DNA of 55,882 bases from a virus (IMGVR_UViG_3300011443_000016:1-55882); one strand, 5' to 3'. Positions 1 through 9,746 are shown, counted from the stretch's first letter. Made by a program: numbers and translations. Notes: generated by a model not told the origin, from the sequence alone.

Positions 1-123
1 AGCGGAACGCGGCGACAGCACCACCATTACGACACAGGCTTTTGCAGCCTTGTTCCGCGAACAGGCGCAGAAGGAATTCACGTTCAAGCCAACGGGCGCT
101 GAACCGGGAAACATTTACCGACT
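1..123 (+). repeat. Terminal direct repeat (circular assembly overlap), copy 1
   Basis: 1-123 is identical to 55760-55882, and the reading frame runs through the junction. Confidence 0.97.
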
Positions 124-253
124 CGATTGGGATATAGGCGACCTGCTCACCTGCGTTTGGGATGATGAATTGATTGATTTACGCGTAAGTGAGGTTGAAA
201 TCACGCTGGATAGTGGCGGCGAAACCATCACCCCGCGATTGGAGCCAATCTGA
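1..253 (+). CDS. 3' part of minor tail/baseplate hub protein (continues from 54900 across the junction)
   Basis: In frame with the 54900 ORF. The C-terminus YRLDWDIGDLLT...RVSEVEITLD is typical of ReqiPepy6 gp37-like tail proteins. Confidence 0.75.
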   Translation, partial: AERGDSTTITTQAFAALFREQAQKEFTFKPTGAEPGNIYRLDWDIGDLLTCVWDDELIDLRVSEVEITLDSGGETITPRLEPI

Positions 254-573
254 TGAGTGACATGGCTGAATTGGTTTACAGTGAACTGAAGAAGGATTTG
301 GCGGCGCTGCAACGGCAAGTGACGGATAACAGCCGTGTCGAACGTGCTGAAATTGCTGATTCGATTCCGGCTTATACGTTGACGAATGCGCCGCTGGCAG
401 TCGATGGCGGGCTGGGCGATGGTACGAACGGCGGTTATATCACGCTGGCCTGGATTTCCAACGGGCGCAAGAGTGGTGAAACGGCGGGTAACGGAACAGG
501 AGCATTGTGCTTCTATAACACCGCAACAAATAGCTGGTTTGGGGTTCGTTCAGAAGTCGCTATAACCGTCTAA
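253..573 (+). CDS. Small tail-associated hypothetical protein
   Basis: Coupled to the upstream stop (TGATG), with an N-terminal coiled coil, inside the tail module. Confidence 0.6.
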   Translation: MSDMAELVYSELKKDLAALQRQVTDNSRVERAEIADSIPAYTLTNAPLAVDGGLGDGTNGGYITLAWISNGRKSGETAGNGTGALCFYNTATNSWFGVRSEVAITV

Positions 574-1355
574 TCATCATTTTTCTTTTGTCGTTGCCAT
601 CTTAGCTTGGCGGCATCGCTCATTCTCTTTTTAGTTTCTTCGCTGTGCATTCTGCCTTTGCCTGCGATACTCAACTTTTTACGGGTTTCATCACTTGCGG
701 GCGGCCTGTTTTTGGCAACCTCGCTAAGTTTCCGGCGTGTCTCATCACCGCGAATTTTACCTTTGTTCACTTTACTGAGTTTATGCCGGGTTTCTTCAGT
801 TACTATCCTGCCCTTGCCTGCTTCACTGATTTTTCGTCTATGTTCCTCGCTGAGTTTTTGCCCTTTTCGCGATTTGTTTAATTGCAAAAAATGTTCTCGC
901 TGTTTCTGGGTTGGAATTCTGTCTTTATTGGCCTCTCGCTGAGCCACAGCCATTCGCGCTCGTTGTTCGGGATCTAGGATATGAGGGATTGATTTTTGCA
1001 CAATGCTCATTTTAAGCAATGACTCAGGTGAGTGTTTCAACCCTCGCATTGGAGCAGTGGCATCAACGGAAATGTTATAGCAAATCCCTTTAGGTATATA
1101 AACATTCAAGTAATGTTGTTCACGGCTGTTTAACTCCGCGATTGAGCAGCGTTCAAGAATTTTAAACTGGAATACTTTTTCTCCGTATTTATTCCAGGCA
1201 TGTTGCAGGTGTTGATTGTGGTGTCTGTTTTTCTTTAAGTCTCGCTTATGCTCAGTTTGACGAGCGCGAATATCTTCGGCTTGGCCGATATAAATCTTGT
1301 TGTTTTTAGTGTTGAGGATAACGTAAATGCCGGACGTGGGTGTATACTTAACCAT
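570..1355 (-). CDS. GIY-YIG homing endonuclease with NUMOD3-type repeats
   Basis: SGIYVILN...YIGQA motif, HHNQHLQHAWNKYGE, repeated [19 protein letters not shown] units; AT-rich and antisense to the tail operon. Confidence 0.9.
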   Translation of the reverse strand: MVKYTPTSGIYVILNTKNNKIYIGQAEDIRARQTEHKRDLKKNRHHNQHLQHAWNKYGEKVFQFKILERCSIAELNSREQHYLNVYIPKGICYNISVDATAPMRGLKHSPESLLKMSIVQKSIPHILDPEQRARMAVAQREANKDRIPTQKQREHFLQLNKSRKGQKLSEEHRRKISEAGKGRIVTEETRHKLSKVNKGKIRGDETRRKLSEVAKNRPPASDETRKKLSIAGKGRMHSEETKKRMSDAAKLRWQRQKKNDD

Positions 1356-1430
1356 GATAGTCTCCGATCAGACTGTCCATCTACCCGGTGTTTCAAGCAC
1401 GCGGGTAGATTCGTATTTCCTCTCATTTTA
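1343..1430 (-). promoter_or_regulatory. Endonuclease leader: -10 TAAAAT, GC hairpin, GGAG SD, opposing -10 TATACT
   Basis: -10 at 1430-1425; hairpin ATCTACCCG-C-GTG-cttgaaa-CAC-CGGGTAGAT (1410-1379); + strand TATACT at 1343-1348. Confidence 0.55.
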
Positions 1431-1472
1431 CTACAATTTTCTGACCATCACAAGCGAAGTGGCGGTGACGAC

Positions 1473-2390
1473 ATGACTGAAAACAACCAACTAGGCGACC
1501 TACTGCATATTGAAACCTTCGATGGTCAGGAATTATTCTTTGGCGATCCTGATTTCAAGCTGCTGGCCTATGGCAACCTGGGCGCACCGCCCACTAATTT
1601 CATCACCCGGCAAGGTTACAAACAAAACGGTGTAACCGAAGTCGATTATTTGCTTGCGCCGCGTCAGATCAGTGTGGAAATCTTTCGCAGCAAAGCCTGT
1701 GACCGTCAGACCTATTGGGACAACCGTTTGGCGCTGCATGAATTCCTGCGCCCCAATCGCAATGGACCGCTGACGTTCACACTGCGCACGCCCAATGGCG
1801 ATTTGCGCTCCATCGTGGTGCGGGCTGATCCTGGCATGGTGTTTCCGCCAACGGAACAATCCAACAACAATTGGGCGCTGCAAGAATCGTTTGACTTCAC
1901 AGCATTTGATCCGGTGTTTTTTAATGCCGAACAAACACTGAGCGCGTTAGTGGTTGCGGTTCAAACTGAACTGGTGTTCCCGATTACGTTCCCGATCACC
2001 TTTGGAACCAGCGGATTATTTTTAACCACCGGAGTATTCACGTATACCGGGACGTGGAAATCGTATCCGATCATTACGCTGGATGGACCATACACCCGCG
2101 CTGTCATCACCAATGTCGAGGCGAATGTGGCTTTCTACATGAGTGTGGCAATTGGCACAGGCGAACAGCGTATTATTAATTTGACACCCGGCGCACAGTC
2201 GATCACGGATGCCAACGGCGTGAATAAGTTCAGCGATTTGGGCGCAGGGTCAAACCTGATTAATTTTGCCATCTACCCTGATCCTGAAGTGGCAGACGGA
2301 CAACAGGAAATCACGATCCAATTGGTGGACGGAGTCAATGGGGTAAGCGGGGCAAGTGTGGCATATTTTGATCGTTACTTTGGGCTATAA
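1473..2390 (+). CDS. Distal tail protein (Dit-like, siphovirus tail component)
   Basis: Start re-assigned to MTENNQ. Motifs QNGVT..YLLAPRQI, FTAFDPVF, LVFPITFPITFG, YTGTWKSYPIITLDGP and C-terminal YFDRY. Confidence 0.75.
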   Translation: MTENNQLGDLLHIETFDGQELFFGDPDFKLLAYGNLGAPPTNFITRQGYKQNGVTEVDYLLAPRQISVEIFRSKACDRQTYWDNRLALHEFLRPNRNGPLTFTLRTPNGDLRSIVVRADPGMVFPPTEQSNNNWALQESFDFTAFDPVFFNAEQTLSALVVAVQTELVFPITFPITFGTSGLFLTTGVFTYTGTWKSYPIITLDGPYTRAVITNVEANVAFYMSVAIGTGEQRIINLTPGAQSITDANGVNKFSDLGAGSNLINFAIYPDPEVADGQQEITIQLVDGVNGVSGASVAYFDRYFGL

Positions 2391-2405
2391 AGGGAATAAA
2401 CAACC

Positions 2406-3782
2406 ATGACACAAGCCTCTGCACCGCAAGACGGAATCCTGGTTGGCGATGCGTCCCTTGCACCCTATGATGCCGATGAATGGGGATTAATCTGGTCAAA
2501 GATCAACGGCTTTGGAAGCCGTGCTAATTATGGGTCTATCCTGGGTTATGACAATGGAACGAATTACAGCCTTGAAGTGACCGCCACCAATCCAGCCACT
2601 TCTAATGTGGAAGTGAAGATTGGCGCAGCGTTGGTCACGGGAACATTGTACTGGACGGATGCGACGGAGACCCTGGCAGTTGCCGCTAATGCATCCGGCA
2701 ATGCGCGTATTGATACCGTGATTCTACGAAAAGATTATGTTTTGCAAACCATTCGGTTGATCGTGCTGCAAGGCACGCCCGCCGCTAGTCCAGTATCCCC
2801 GACCTTGACCCAAAGCGCAGGTTCATCCTGGGAAATCCCACTGGCTGATATTGCGGTTGCCAATGGCTTTACAACCATTGCGCAAACCGACATTACGCCC
2901 CGCGCGATTGCGGTGAATACTGCACCTGCGGTGTATCTGGACGGCATCCTGAACAATTCAGGCGCAGACTTAAATACGGGCGATGTGGTCATATGGGACA
3001 CCTCTACTAATCAGGCTGTGACCACTACCACCACGTTGAATAATTATCTTGTGGCAGGTGTTTGGGTTGGGAAAACCGCCACTGGCAGTCGTGGCCGTTT
3101 GCAGGTGGGCGGCGTGGGATTGGTGCGCGTCAATTCAACTGGTGGCGCGATTGGGCGTAATTGCCCGATTGTAACCTACACGACTGCCAAGCAGGGGATC
3201 AGTCCTTTCACCAGTATCAGCACCCGACGTTCATGGTGGCAGGTGGGGAAAACACTGGAATCCATCAGCACGAATTCGCTGGTGTTGGCACTCTGTGTGA
3301 TTGACATTCGCCCGCCTCAAGACGAGGCTTATATTTTGCTGGTGGATAGCAAGGCGAGCGCATCGGCGGGCGGCGGGTTCACGGCTGGAACGCAAACCCG
3401 CACCTTGAACACTGAACTATTTGATACAGATGACATTTGCAGTTTATCCGCCAATCAATTCACATTACCAACGGGTAAATATCGCGTGGATGCCTCTGCG
3501 CCTGCTCATGCGGTCAATCTGCATCAATTGGCGGTTGGTCTTGTGTCAGGTTCAGGGTCAGCAACCGCGCGCGGTGAAAATGCGTATGCACCAACAGGTG
3601 TTCAAACGTCAGCGCGGTATCGGGGTATTTTGATTGTGACCAGTGCTACCGCCGTCTTTTCTTTGCAGCATACCGGGCAAACCACCAAGAACACCGATGG
3701 ATTCGGATTAGCCACATCTTTCGGCGGTGAAATTTACGCCACGATTGAAATCTGGCGGATTAACGACGACCACAGTTCATGA
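2406..3782 (+). CDS. Tail fibre / receptor-binding protein 1
   Basis: NASGNARIDTVILR and WEIPLADIAV motifs, Thr/Gly-rich, beta-rich C-terminal domain; paralogue of 4334-5662. Confidence 0.7.
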   Translation: MTQASAPQDGILVGDASLAPYDADEWGLIWSKINGFGSRANYGSILGYDNGTNYSLEVTATNPATSNVEVKIGAALVTGTLYWTDATETLAVAANASGNARIDTVILRKDYVLQTIRLIVLQGTPAASPVSPTLTQSAGSSWEIPLADIAVANGFTTIAQTDITPRAIAVNTAPAVYLDGILNNSGADLNTGDVVIWDTSTNQAVTTTTTLNNYLVAGVWVGKTATGSRGRLQVGGVGLVRVNSTGGAIGRNCPIVTYTTAKQGISPFTSISTRRSWWQVGKTLESISTNSLVLALCVIDIRPPQDEAYILLVDSKASASAGGGFTAGTQTRTLNTELFDTDDICSLSANQFTLPTGKYRVDASAPAHAVNLHQLAVGLVSGSGSATARGENAYAPTGVQTSARYRGILIVTSATAVFSLQHTGQTTKNTDGFGLATSFGGEIYATIEIWRINDDHSS

Positions 3783-3793
3783 GAGGGACGAAC

Positions 3794-4333
3794 ATGAAAT
3801 ACAAAATGACGATTGCAACCTTGCTTTTCTTGTTGATCTTCACCCTTCCGGCGCAGGCAGAAGGGATCACTGTATGCCGCGACACCTCAGTGGGATGGTT
3901 TCGTTATCGTTTTGAGCATATCGACTGGACGCTGGACACACTGCATTATGTGGCTGACGGCGCAAGTGCGGACGGTGATACACTGATTGCCGATGCGCTG
4001 CGCGAAGACAACGGCGATGGATGGGTGTTCAAGGATGAGGCGTTCCTGGCCTATCACATTGGCGGTGGTGAGTATTTCGTGATTAAAGGCACGCCGGACA
4101 CTGCGCCCTGCGGCGATGGCGAGGCAGGCTGGCAACCGGGTGCGCCCAGCATTTATATCCCCATGACTTCGGATTGTGCCTTTATCGAAATCCAAGATGC
4201 TTATGAGCATTGGTCATTGGTCACATCGAATGGTGAGCCTGTGCTGCTGCATTACGGGCAAGCGCTCATTGGAAGCACAAGCCAATCGACTGATCCGACA
4301 GATTATCGCGCGATTCCAACGGAGTGCTATTAA
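3794..4333 (+). CDS. Secreted hypothetical protein (signal peptide)
   Basis: MKYKMTIATLLFLLIFTLPAQA-EG is a Sec-type signal with an AxA cleavage site. Confidence 0.6.
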   Translation: MKYKMTIATLLFLLIFTLPAQAEGITVCRDTSVGWFRYRFEHIDWTLDTLHYVADGASADGDTLIADALREDNGDGWVFKDEAFLAYHIGGGEYFVIKGTPDTAPCGDGEAGWQPGAPSIYIPMTSDCAFIEIQDAYEHWSLVTSNGEPVLLHYGQALIGSTSQSTDPTDYRAIPTECY

Positions 4334-5662
4334 ATGACTGAAATAAGCCGTCCCTGGAACGGAACGGTCACGGGCGATGCCGGACCGTACTCCGATACCG
4401 ATTGGCAGGAATTGTATCAGGCGATTATCGGCTGGGGCGGTAGCCGCGCCAACAATGGTGTGTTCCTGAGCAGTGGCGCACAGCCCAACGACGGGCTGAA
4501 GGTGGAAGAAAGTTCACCTGCTGCGGCGACAGTGGACGTGCTGGCGGGCGCTGCGCTCATCCAGGGGATTGCCTATATTTCTGATGCGACTGAAACGTTG
4601 GCGATTGGCGCGAATGCCAGCGGCAATGCCCGTATTGATACGGTGGTGCTGCAAGCGGATTATGCATTGCAAACCGTTCGGTTGGCGATTCTTCCTGGCA
4701 CGCCTGCTGCTTCCCCGGTTGCGCCGTCGCTGACTCAAACCGCAGGCATCATGTGGGAAATTCCACTGGCGAACATCGCAGTGGCGAATGGGTTTACTAC
4801 CATTACCGATTCTGTTATTTCCCCCCGCCGTGATTGGGTGAATGCGCCGCCTGGGATTTACCTGGATCATATCGTCAATAACGATGCCAGCGATTTGATT
4901 AATGGCGATGTGGTGATATGGGACAGCGCGGCTGACCATGCCGTAGAAACCTCCACCACGCGCGGTGATCTGTTAGCAGCAGGCATATGGGCAGGCGGTT
5001 CAGCCGCACAGGGCGATTATGGGCGCGTGTTGACGGAAGGTGTGGGTTATGTACTGACCGATGCCGCCGTGACGCGCGGGGATCGGTTGGTCGTCGGTTC
5101 AACCGCCAAGAAAACCAGCGCCAACGTTGGCACAAGCGGACTGGTGATTGCCCGCGCGCTGGAAACGACAGCGGGCGCTGGGCTGGCCTTGTGTTATGTG
5201 AAAGTGGAACGCTTGCATGATGATTATATTCTCATTCAGGATCAGAAGGCGCAGAACACCGCAGGCGGCACAGCCACCAGCGGATCATTCCAGAAGCGCG
5301 ATTTGAATACGGAAGTTGTGGACACGGGCGGACTCGCTGCTATTGCGTCCAGCGTGATTACCTTGCAGCCAGGAACGTATCGCTGCCAGTGGAGTTGTCC
5401 GGCGAATAACGCTGTTTTGCAGAATCAATCCCGTCTGCGCAACACATCCGACACGATTGATTATATGGGTACGACTGAGCGCGCCGGGGCAAATATCCAG
5501 TGCCGTTCTACAGGTGCAGCCCGGTTCACCATCACCAGCGCCAAGAATTTTGAATTACAGCATCAGGTCAATACTACCGTTGCCACCAATGGTTTCGGCG
5601 TGGCGGGCAACTTTGCAACCGAGGTTTTTAGCATCATTGAATTCTGGCGTGAAGGCTTCTAA
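4334..5662 (+). CDS. Tail fibre / receptor-binding protein 2
   Basis: Collinear with 2406-3782 (ANASGNARIDTVVLQ, GTPAASPV, WEIPLANIAVANGFTTI, RDLNTEV). Confidence 0.7.
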   Translation: MTEISRPWNGTVTGDAGPYSDTDWQELYQAIIGWGGSRANNGVFLSSGAQPNDGLKVEESSPAAATVDVLAGAALIQGIAYISDATETLAIGANASGNARIDTVVLQADYALQTVRLAILPGTPAASPVAPSLTQTAGIMWEIPLANIAVANGFTTITDSVISPRRDWVNAPPGIYLDHIVNNDASDLINGDVVIWDSAADHAVETSTTRGDLLAAGIWAGGSAAQGDYGRVLTEGVGYVLTDAAVTRGDRLVVGSTAKKTSANVGTSGLVIARALETTAGAGLALCYVKVERLHDDYILIQDQKAQNTAGGTATSGSFQKRDLNTEVVDTGGLAAIASSVITLQPGTYRCQWSCPANNAVLQNQSRLRNTSDTIDYMGTTERAGANIQCRSTGAARFTITSAKNFELQHQVNTTVATNGFGVAGNFATEVFSIIEFWREGF

Positions 5663-5687
5663 GGTTTCAATAATCGAACCGTGACAG

Positions 5688-5725
5688 ACCGTTAAGCGTG
5701 ATACAATTCTTAACGGTTTTTGTTT
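5688..5725 (+). terminator. Hairpin plus T-run with an extended -10 (TGaTACAAT) in the loop
   Basis: ACCGTTAAG (5688-5696) / CTTAACGGT (5709-5717), followed by TTTTGTTT. Confidence 0.45.
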
Positions 5726-5755
5726 ACTCAGGCTTCAACCATTAAGGATGGTTTG

Positions 5756-6424
5756 ATGTTCATTCTAACGCTAACCCCTACGCCGACACCCGTTCCCCCT
5801 GCCGAAGTGGTGGAGCAGGCCGTGCGCGTTATTGATGTGTTTCAAAGTTTAGGACCGTTGATGGCGCTGTTATTCGTGGTGGCGTTGGCGCTGGCAGTCG
5901 TGATGGTCATTTCCTATTTCAACCGAGGCAGCACGTCCACCGCGTTGACGGTGGTGGCGAATGCAGCGGCGCAAAAGGATAAGGAACTGGCTGAACTGAA
6001 AGCCCAATGGGGACAGGATCGCCAGCGCCATGTGGAAAGTCTGAGCGCGATTGCTAATCAAGCCAACCGCGCCAATGATTTATTTGAAGCCATGAATAAG
6101 CGCGGAATTGAACGCGATAAGCAGCAGCAGCGCATGGTGGAAAACCAGGATCGCATTGCGGCCTCATTTGATGTGCTGCTGCATGAAGGCAGTGCGCCGC
6201 TGCGCGTGGTGGCGAATGACGTGGCGGCGATTATGCTCAAGATTGGCGAACTCGACAACCGCACCAGCAATTGGCAAGCAGCCATGAATGACATTCCCCT
6301 CATTCGTGCCGATTTTAATAGCCGCTTAGATAAGCTGCTGGCTGAAATGGCGAAACGATCCACCAAACCGATCCCCCAGGTTCAAGTCCCCGAAACAACC
6401 AACGGAGAAACACCAACGCCATGA
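5756..6424 (+). CDS. Membrane protein with coiled coil (lysis-region, holin-like position)
   Basis: One long TM segment followed by a heptad-rich region; AAGGA SD; immediately before the hydrolase. Confidence 0.5.
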   Translation: MFILTLTPTPTPVPPAEVVEQAVRVIDVFQSLGPLMALLFVVALALAVVMVISYFNRGSTSTALTVVANAAAQKDKELAELKAQWGQDRQRHVESLSAIANQANRANDLFEAMNKRGIERDKQQQRMVENQDRIAASFDVLLHEGSAPLRVVANDVAAIMLKIGELDNRTSNWQAAMNDIPLIRADFNSRLDKLLAEMAKRSTKPIPQVQVPETTNGETPTP

Positions 6425-8508
6425 ACCGCTTTGGATTCAATGTCCACGCCCAGCGCGTCCCCGATCAGGAATACCTGCTGCAAACTGTGCGCGCGATGCA
6501 GCCCAAGTGGATGCTGGTCATGGACGGGATTGGCCTGTGCCAGCAGATTAAGGCGCAAGTTCCCGCTTGCAATGTCATTTCCCGCATCTATCCAGACGAA
6601 AACTGGTCTACGGTGAATGCAAAGGATTGGGTGGCGAACAAGAAAGCAGAAATCCAGGGTGCAGACCTGTGGTGCTATACCTTCAACGAGGTGGGTTCAT
6701 CGCCTGAATACCTGCAACTGAATGCCGACATTATTACTGAGGCAGCAAAAGTCGGCTTGAAGGTCGTGGTCGGTAATATGAGCGTTGGCACACCTGCCAA
6801 TCCCGCTGATTGGGAGACAACCGCAGGACACAATCTGATGACCGCGCTGAACACGCATCGATCCATCGCCGTGCTGGGCTTGCATGAGTACGGTTGCGCA
6901 GTCGTCACGAGTGGTTTCTATGGCGGCTATCCCGACAATGCCGGGGTTGCGCCTGGACAGACTGATCCGCCTGGACAAAATCTGATTCCACAAGCCAACT
7001 GGCCTGCTGAGCCAGCACCGTGCTATCACCTGGGGCGTTTCAAGTTTCTACTGGATGCCTGCGAACGAATGAACATTCCCCCGCCGCGCATCGTCCTGAC
7101 TGAACACGGGTTTGATGATGTGAGCGATATTAAAGCCTGGACGCAAACACTGCACATGACCCCGCCTTATACCAGCATTCGCGGTTGGAAGTCGATCAAG
7201 AATCAGTGGCAGCAGTGGTATCCCGGTTGGTCGCACGAACAAGCCTATTTTGAGCAGTTGAAATATGCGGACGCAACCTTGTATCAGGGTTCGCCGGTTG
7301 AGGCGCAACTGCTTTTCTGCTGGGGCCATACCTCCGATATGTGGGATCAATTCGATGTGGCGCATGCGCGTGATTTGCATACGCTGCTGGCGAGTCTTCC
7401 CCCTGAAACCGATAACGGCGGAAACGGAGAACCACCCTCAATGACTAGAATTGATTTGCTCCCCTATCTGAATGGGAACGGGGTGCGCAAGGTATACAAA
7501 CTCGGACATAACCAGGCGATGGGTGGTGGCGTGGAACTGCTGCAAACCCAACTGGAAGGCAGCGCGGGCGGTTTCCGCCATGTCAAGCAGGGCGGCGCTG
7601 AGCAGTTCAGCAAGTGGGAACGGCTGCTGGGTGATGCGCACTGGATTTATCGTGACCTGGATACGTCCGGCCAAACCGATGTGTATCGCCTCAAGGATGC
7701 TGACTTGTCGGGTTGGTCGCGCTGGTGTCCGCGTTACATGGTAGTCGGTGAAAAGTATCATCGCAATCCAGTCGTGACGTGGTACAAGAAATCGACTGGC
7801 GCAGTCGTCGGCGCACCGGGACATGATCCCTCTGATATTCGGTTGGTTGCTGTGATCCCCTCCCTGCACCTGCCGGAGAGTGGCATCACAATTGCCGATG
7901 CAGTGGAACTGGAATGGATACCCAACGGGCGCACCGATTGGGAAGAAAAATACTGGTATGCGAAGGGTTATGGACTGGTCGCATGGCAGAATCGCGCGGG
8001 CTGGCGTTCATTCGTTTCCGAACTCAGCAGCCCTTACACGCCTGTCCCTGAAGACTTGAGTGGCACGTGGGACAATCCACCCGCACCGCCCAATGCCCCG
8101 CCGCCCAACAGTGGCGCAGTCAATCCACCGAAACCCAGCAATGCGACTGATCCGGTTGCCGTGCCGATTGATGGACAATGGAAACTGCGGGCTGAACCCG
8201 ATACCAGCGCTGCCCAGATTGGGATGCTCAAGACGGGTGAAACCGTGACGATGTACCGCGTGCCAGAAACCAATAATGATAACAACGTCTGGCACTTCAT
8301 TGAGCGCGGGGTAATTGTTCCAGCCGGAGAAGCGATACAAGGCTATACGGCTGCGCCCATTCCAGCTGCACCTGAACCGCCTATCCCGGCTGAACCGCTG
8401 GTCACGACGATGACGGTCACGATTGAAGCACCTGCCGGAACAGATATGGCACAGTTGGAAAGTTGGTTGGCGAAAATCACCCGCCTTACTTTTCGCGCCG
8501 ATGAATAA
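6421..8508 (+). CDS. Putative endolysin: glycoside-hydrolase-like domain, Pro-rich linkers, SH3b-like domain
   Basis: FNE...LHEY...LTEHG pattern of TIM-barrel hydrolases; WKLRAEPDTSAAQIGMLKTGETVT is an SH3b-like motif. Confidence 0.55.
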   Translation: MNRFGFNVHAQRVPDQEYLLQTVRAMQPKWMLVMDGIGLCQQIKAQVPACNVISRIYPDENWSTVNAKDWVANKKAEIQGADLWCYTFNEVGSSPEYLQLNADIITEAAKVGLKVVVGNMSVGTPANPADWETTAGHNLMTALNTHRSIAVLGLHEYGCAVVTSGFYGGYPDNAGVAPGQTDPPGQNLIPQANWPAEPAPCYHLGRFKFLLDACERMNIPPPRIVLTEHGFDDVSDIKAWTQTLHMTPPYTSIRGWKSIKNQWQQWYPGWSHEQAYFEQLKYADATLYQGSPVEAQLLFCWGHTSDMWDQFDVAHARDLHTLLASLPPETDNGGNGEPPSMTRIDLLPYLNGNGVRKVYKLGHNQAMGGGVELLQTQLEGSAGGFRHVKQGGAEQFSKWERLLGDAHWIYRDLDTSGQTDVYRLKDADLSGWSRWCPRYMVVGEKYHRNPVVTWYKKSTGAVVGAPGHDPSDIRLVAVIPSLHLPESGITIADAVELEWIPNGRTDWEEKYWYAKGYGLVAWQNRAGWRSFVSELSSPYTPVPEDLSGTWDNPPAPPNAPPPNSGAVNPPKPSNATDPVAVPIDGQWKLRAEPDTSAAQIGMLKTGETVTMYRVPETNNDNNVWHFIERGVIVPAGEAIQGYTAAPIPAAPEPPIPAEPLVTTMTVTIEAPAGTDMAQLESWLAKITRLTFRADE

Positions 8509-9001
8509 CGAATACCTGCAAACGCCCTACATATCACAGTGGGCGACACAGGCCAGCAATCGCGGCAACGACTGCGGCCAAACCTGCGTAGCAATGCTGG
8601 CTTGGTTGCGCGGCGTATATAAGCCTGTGAACGCTTATATTTATCAAAGCGATTCCACCGGGCTGTCCACTGCTGATGATTTGGTGGCAAACCTGACCGG
8701 GATTGCTCATCTGTCTGCATCCAGCAAAACCTTGCCACCCAACACGCTCACGCCACCCGGTTCAATCTGTCTGGTGCAGTATTCAATTTTCCCGGTTGGC
8801 ACGGGTGAGTATGAAAAGCAGGATGATTTTAGCGGGCTGCACTGGTTCATTGTCCTGAACGAAGTCCCAGGGGAATACGTAGAAACGAATGATCCTGATT
8901 ATTACGGGGAGCGCATCGCGGAAGGCGAGAACAAACGTTATCGCTGGGCGGACTGGCTCAAAGAAATTTCACAACAGCGCACGGTAGTTTCACTCGACTA
9001 A
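8501..9001 (+). CDS. Peptidase C39-like protein
   Basis: PYISQW...NDCGQTCVAM, HWFIV and NDP give the Cys/His/Asp catalytic pattern. Confidence 0.75.
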   Translation: MNNEYLQTPYISQWATQASNRGNDCGQTCVAMLAWLRGVYKPVNAYIYQSDSTGLSTADDLVANLTGIAHLSASSKTLPPNTLTPPGSICLVQYSIFPVGTGEYEKQDDFSGLHWFIVLNEVPGEYVETNDPDYYGERIAEGENKRYRWADWLKEISQQRTVVSLD

Positions 9002-9012
9002 AGGAGTCAAAT

Positions 9013-9618
9013 ATGTTCAAAATTGAAAATTGGATTGTCGTCCTGGTGTTGATCCTGGCCTTGCTGCTGCCCGTTGCAGTGTTGGCGCAGGAAGCAACGC
9101 CAGAACCTACGCCCGTCATTGTCGAATCGCCACCGCCTGACGAGGTAACGGAAGAACCCGGCGATCCCCCAGCCACCACGCCAGAAAACCTGCTAGGACA
9201 ATTGTTTGCGCTGCTCAAGGATGGGACGTATATGGTTTGGGCTGCGGCGGGCGTATTGATCTTCACAGGCTTGTTCAAGATTGGCGCGCGGATGCTGGGC
9301 TTTGTGATTGAAGGCAACGCAGCTATTCTGCTGGCACTGGTGATCCAGGTCTTAATCTGGATTGGTTATTCAATTGCAAACTACCTGGGACAAGGCGAAG
9401 CGTTCAAGACAAATTATCTGGTCTTGGCGGACATTGCCCGTTCCCTCTTGCCGTTGGCTGGCTCAATCGCGCTGGGTCATTTTGGCTATCAAGCGTTCAA
9501 GGCGCAAGGCACGCCCGTGCTGGGGTATAAACCGCGCGCCAAAACCAATCCGACACCTAAACCGCTGGAACTGAAGCGTGAAGGCGAAGGCGCTGATTGG
9601 ACAAAGCCCGCGCTATAG
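9013..9618 (+). CDS. Multi-pass membrane protein, holin candidate
   Basis: Signal peptide (AQEATPEP) plus about 3 TM segments and a basic tail; AAGGAG SD. Confidence 0.55.
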   Translation: MFKIENWIVVLVLILALLLPVAVLAQEATPEPTPVIVESPPPDEVTEEPGDPPATTPENLLGQLFALLKDGTYMVWAAAGVLIFTGLFKIGARMLGFVIEGNAAILLALVIQVLIWIGYSIANYLGQGEAFKTNYLVLADIARSLLPLAGSIALGHFGYQAFKAQGTPVLGYKPRAKTNPTPKPLELKREGEGADWTKPAL

Positions 9619-9641
9619 ACTCTGCGAAATGAGTGCAATAC

Positions 9642-9675
9642 AAAACACCCGCTATCCAGGCGGGTGTTTTTATTT
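9642..9675. terminator. Bidirectional intrinsic terminator between convergent operons
   Basis: AAAACACCCGC-tatccag-GCGGGTGTTTT. Confidence 0.85.
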
Positions 9676-9746
9676 CCTACGATGCCCCTAAAACGCTCTA
9701 GGATGCGTTTCTAGCGGTTTTACAGTAGGCGTGTGTTAGATTGTAG

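Noticed and set aside
1-123. Physical terminal repeat of the virion DNA
   Set aside because: It falls mid-gene and far from the terminase, so an assembler overlap is the simpler explanation. The real ends cannot be determined here.
570-1440. Group I intron around the nuclease genes
   Set aside because: The flanking non-coding sequence is too short for a ribozyme core, this nuclease is antisense to the host operon, and the host genes are complete without splicing.
1248-1472. N-terminal extension of the Dit ORF given in the track
   Set aside because: It overlaps the GIY-YIG gene and its leader; ATG 1473 fits the ancestral coupling.
2406-5662. Diversity-generating retroelement or invertible fibre switch
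   Set aside because: No reverse transcriptase, no adenine-specific TR/VR pair, no invertase or flanking inverted repeats seen.
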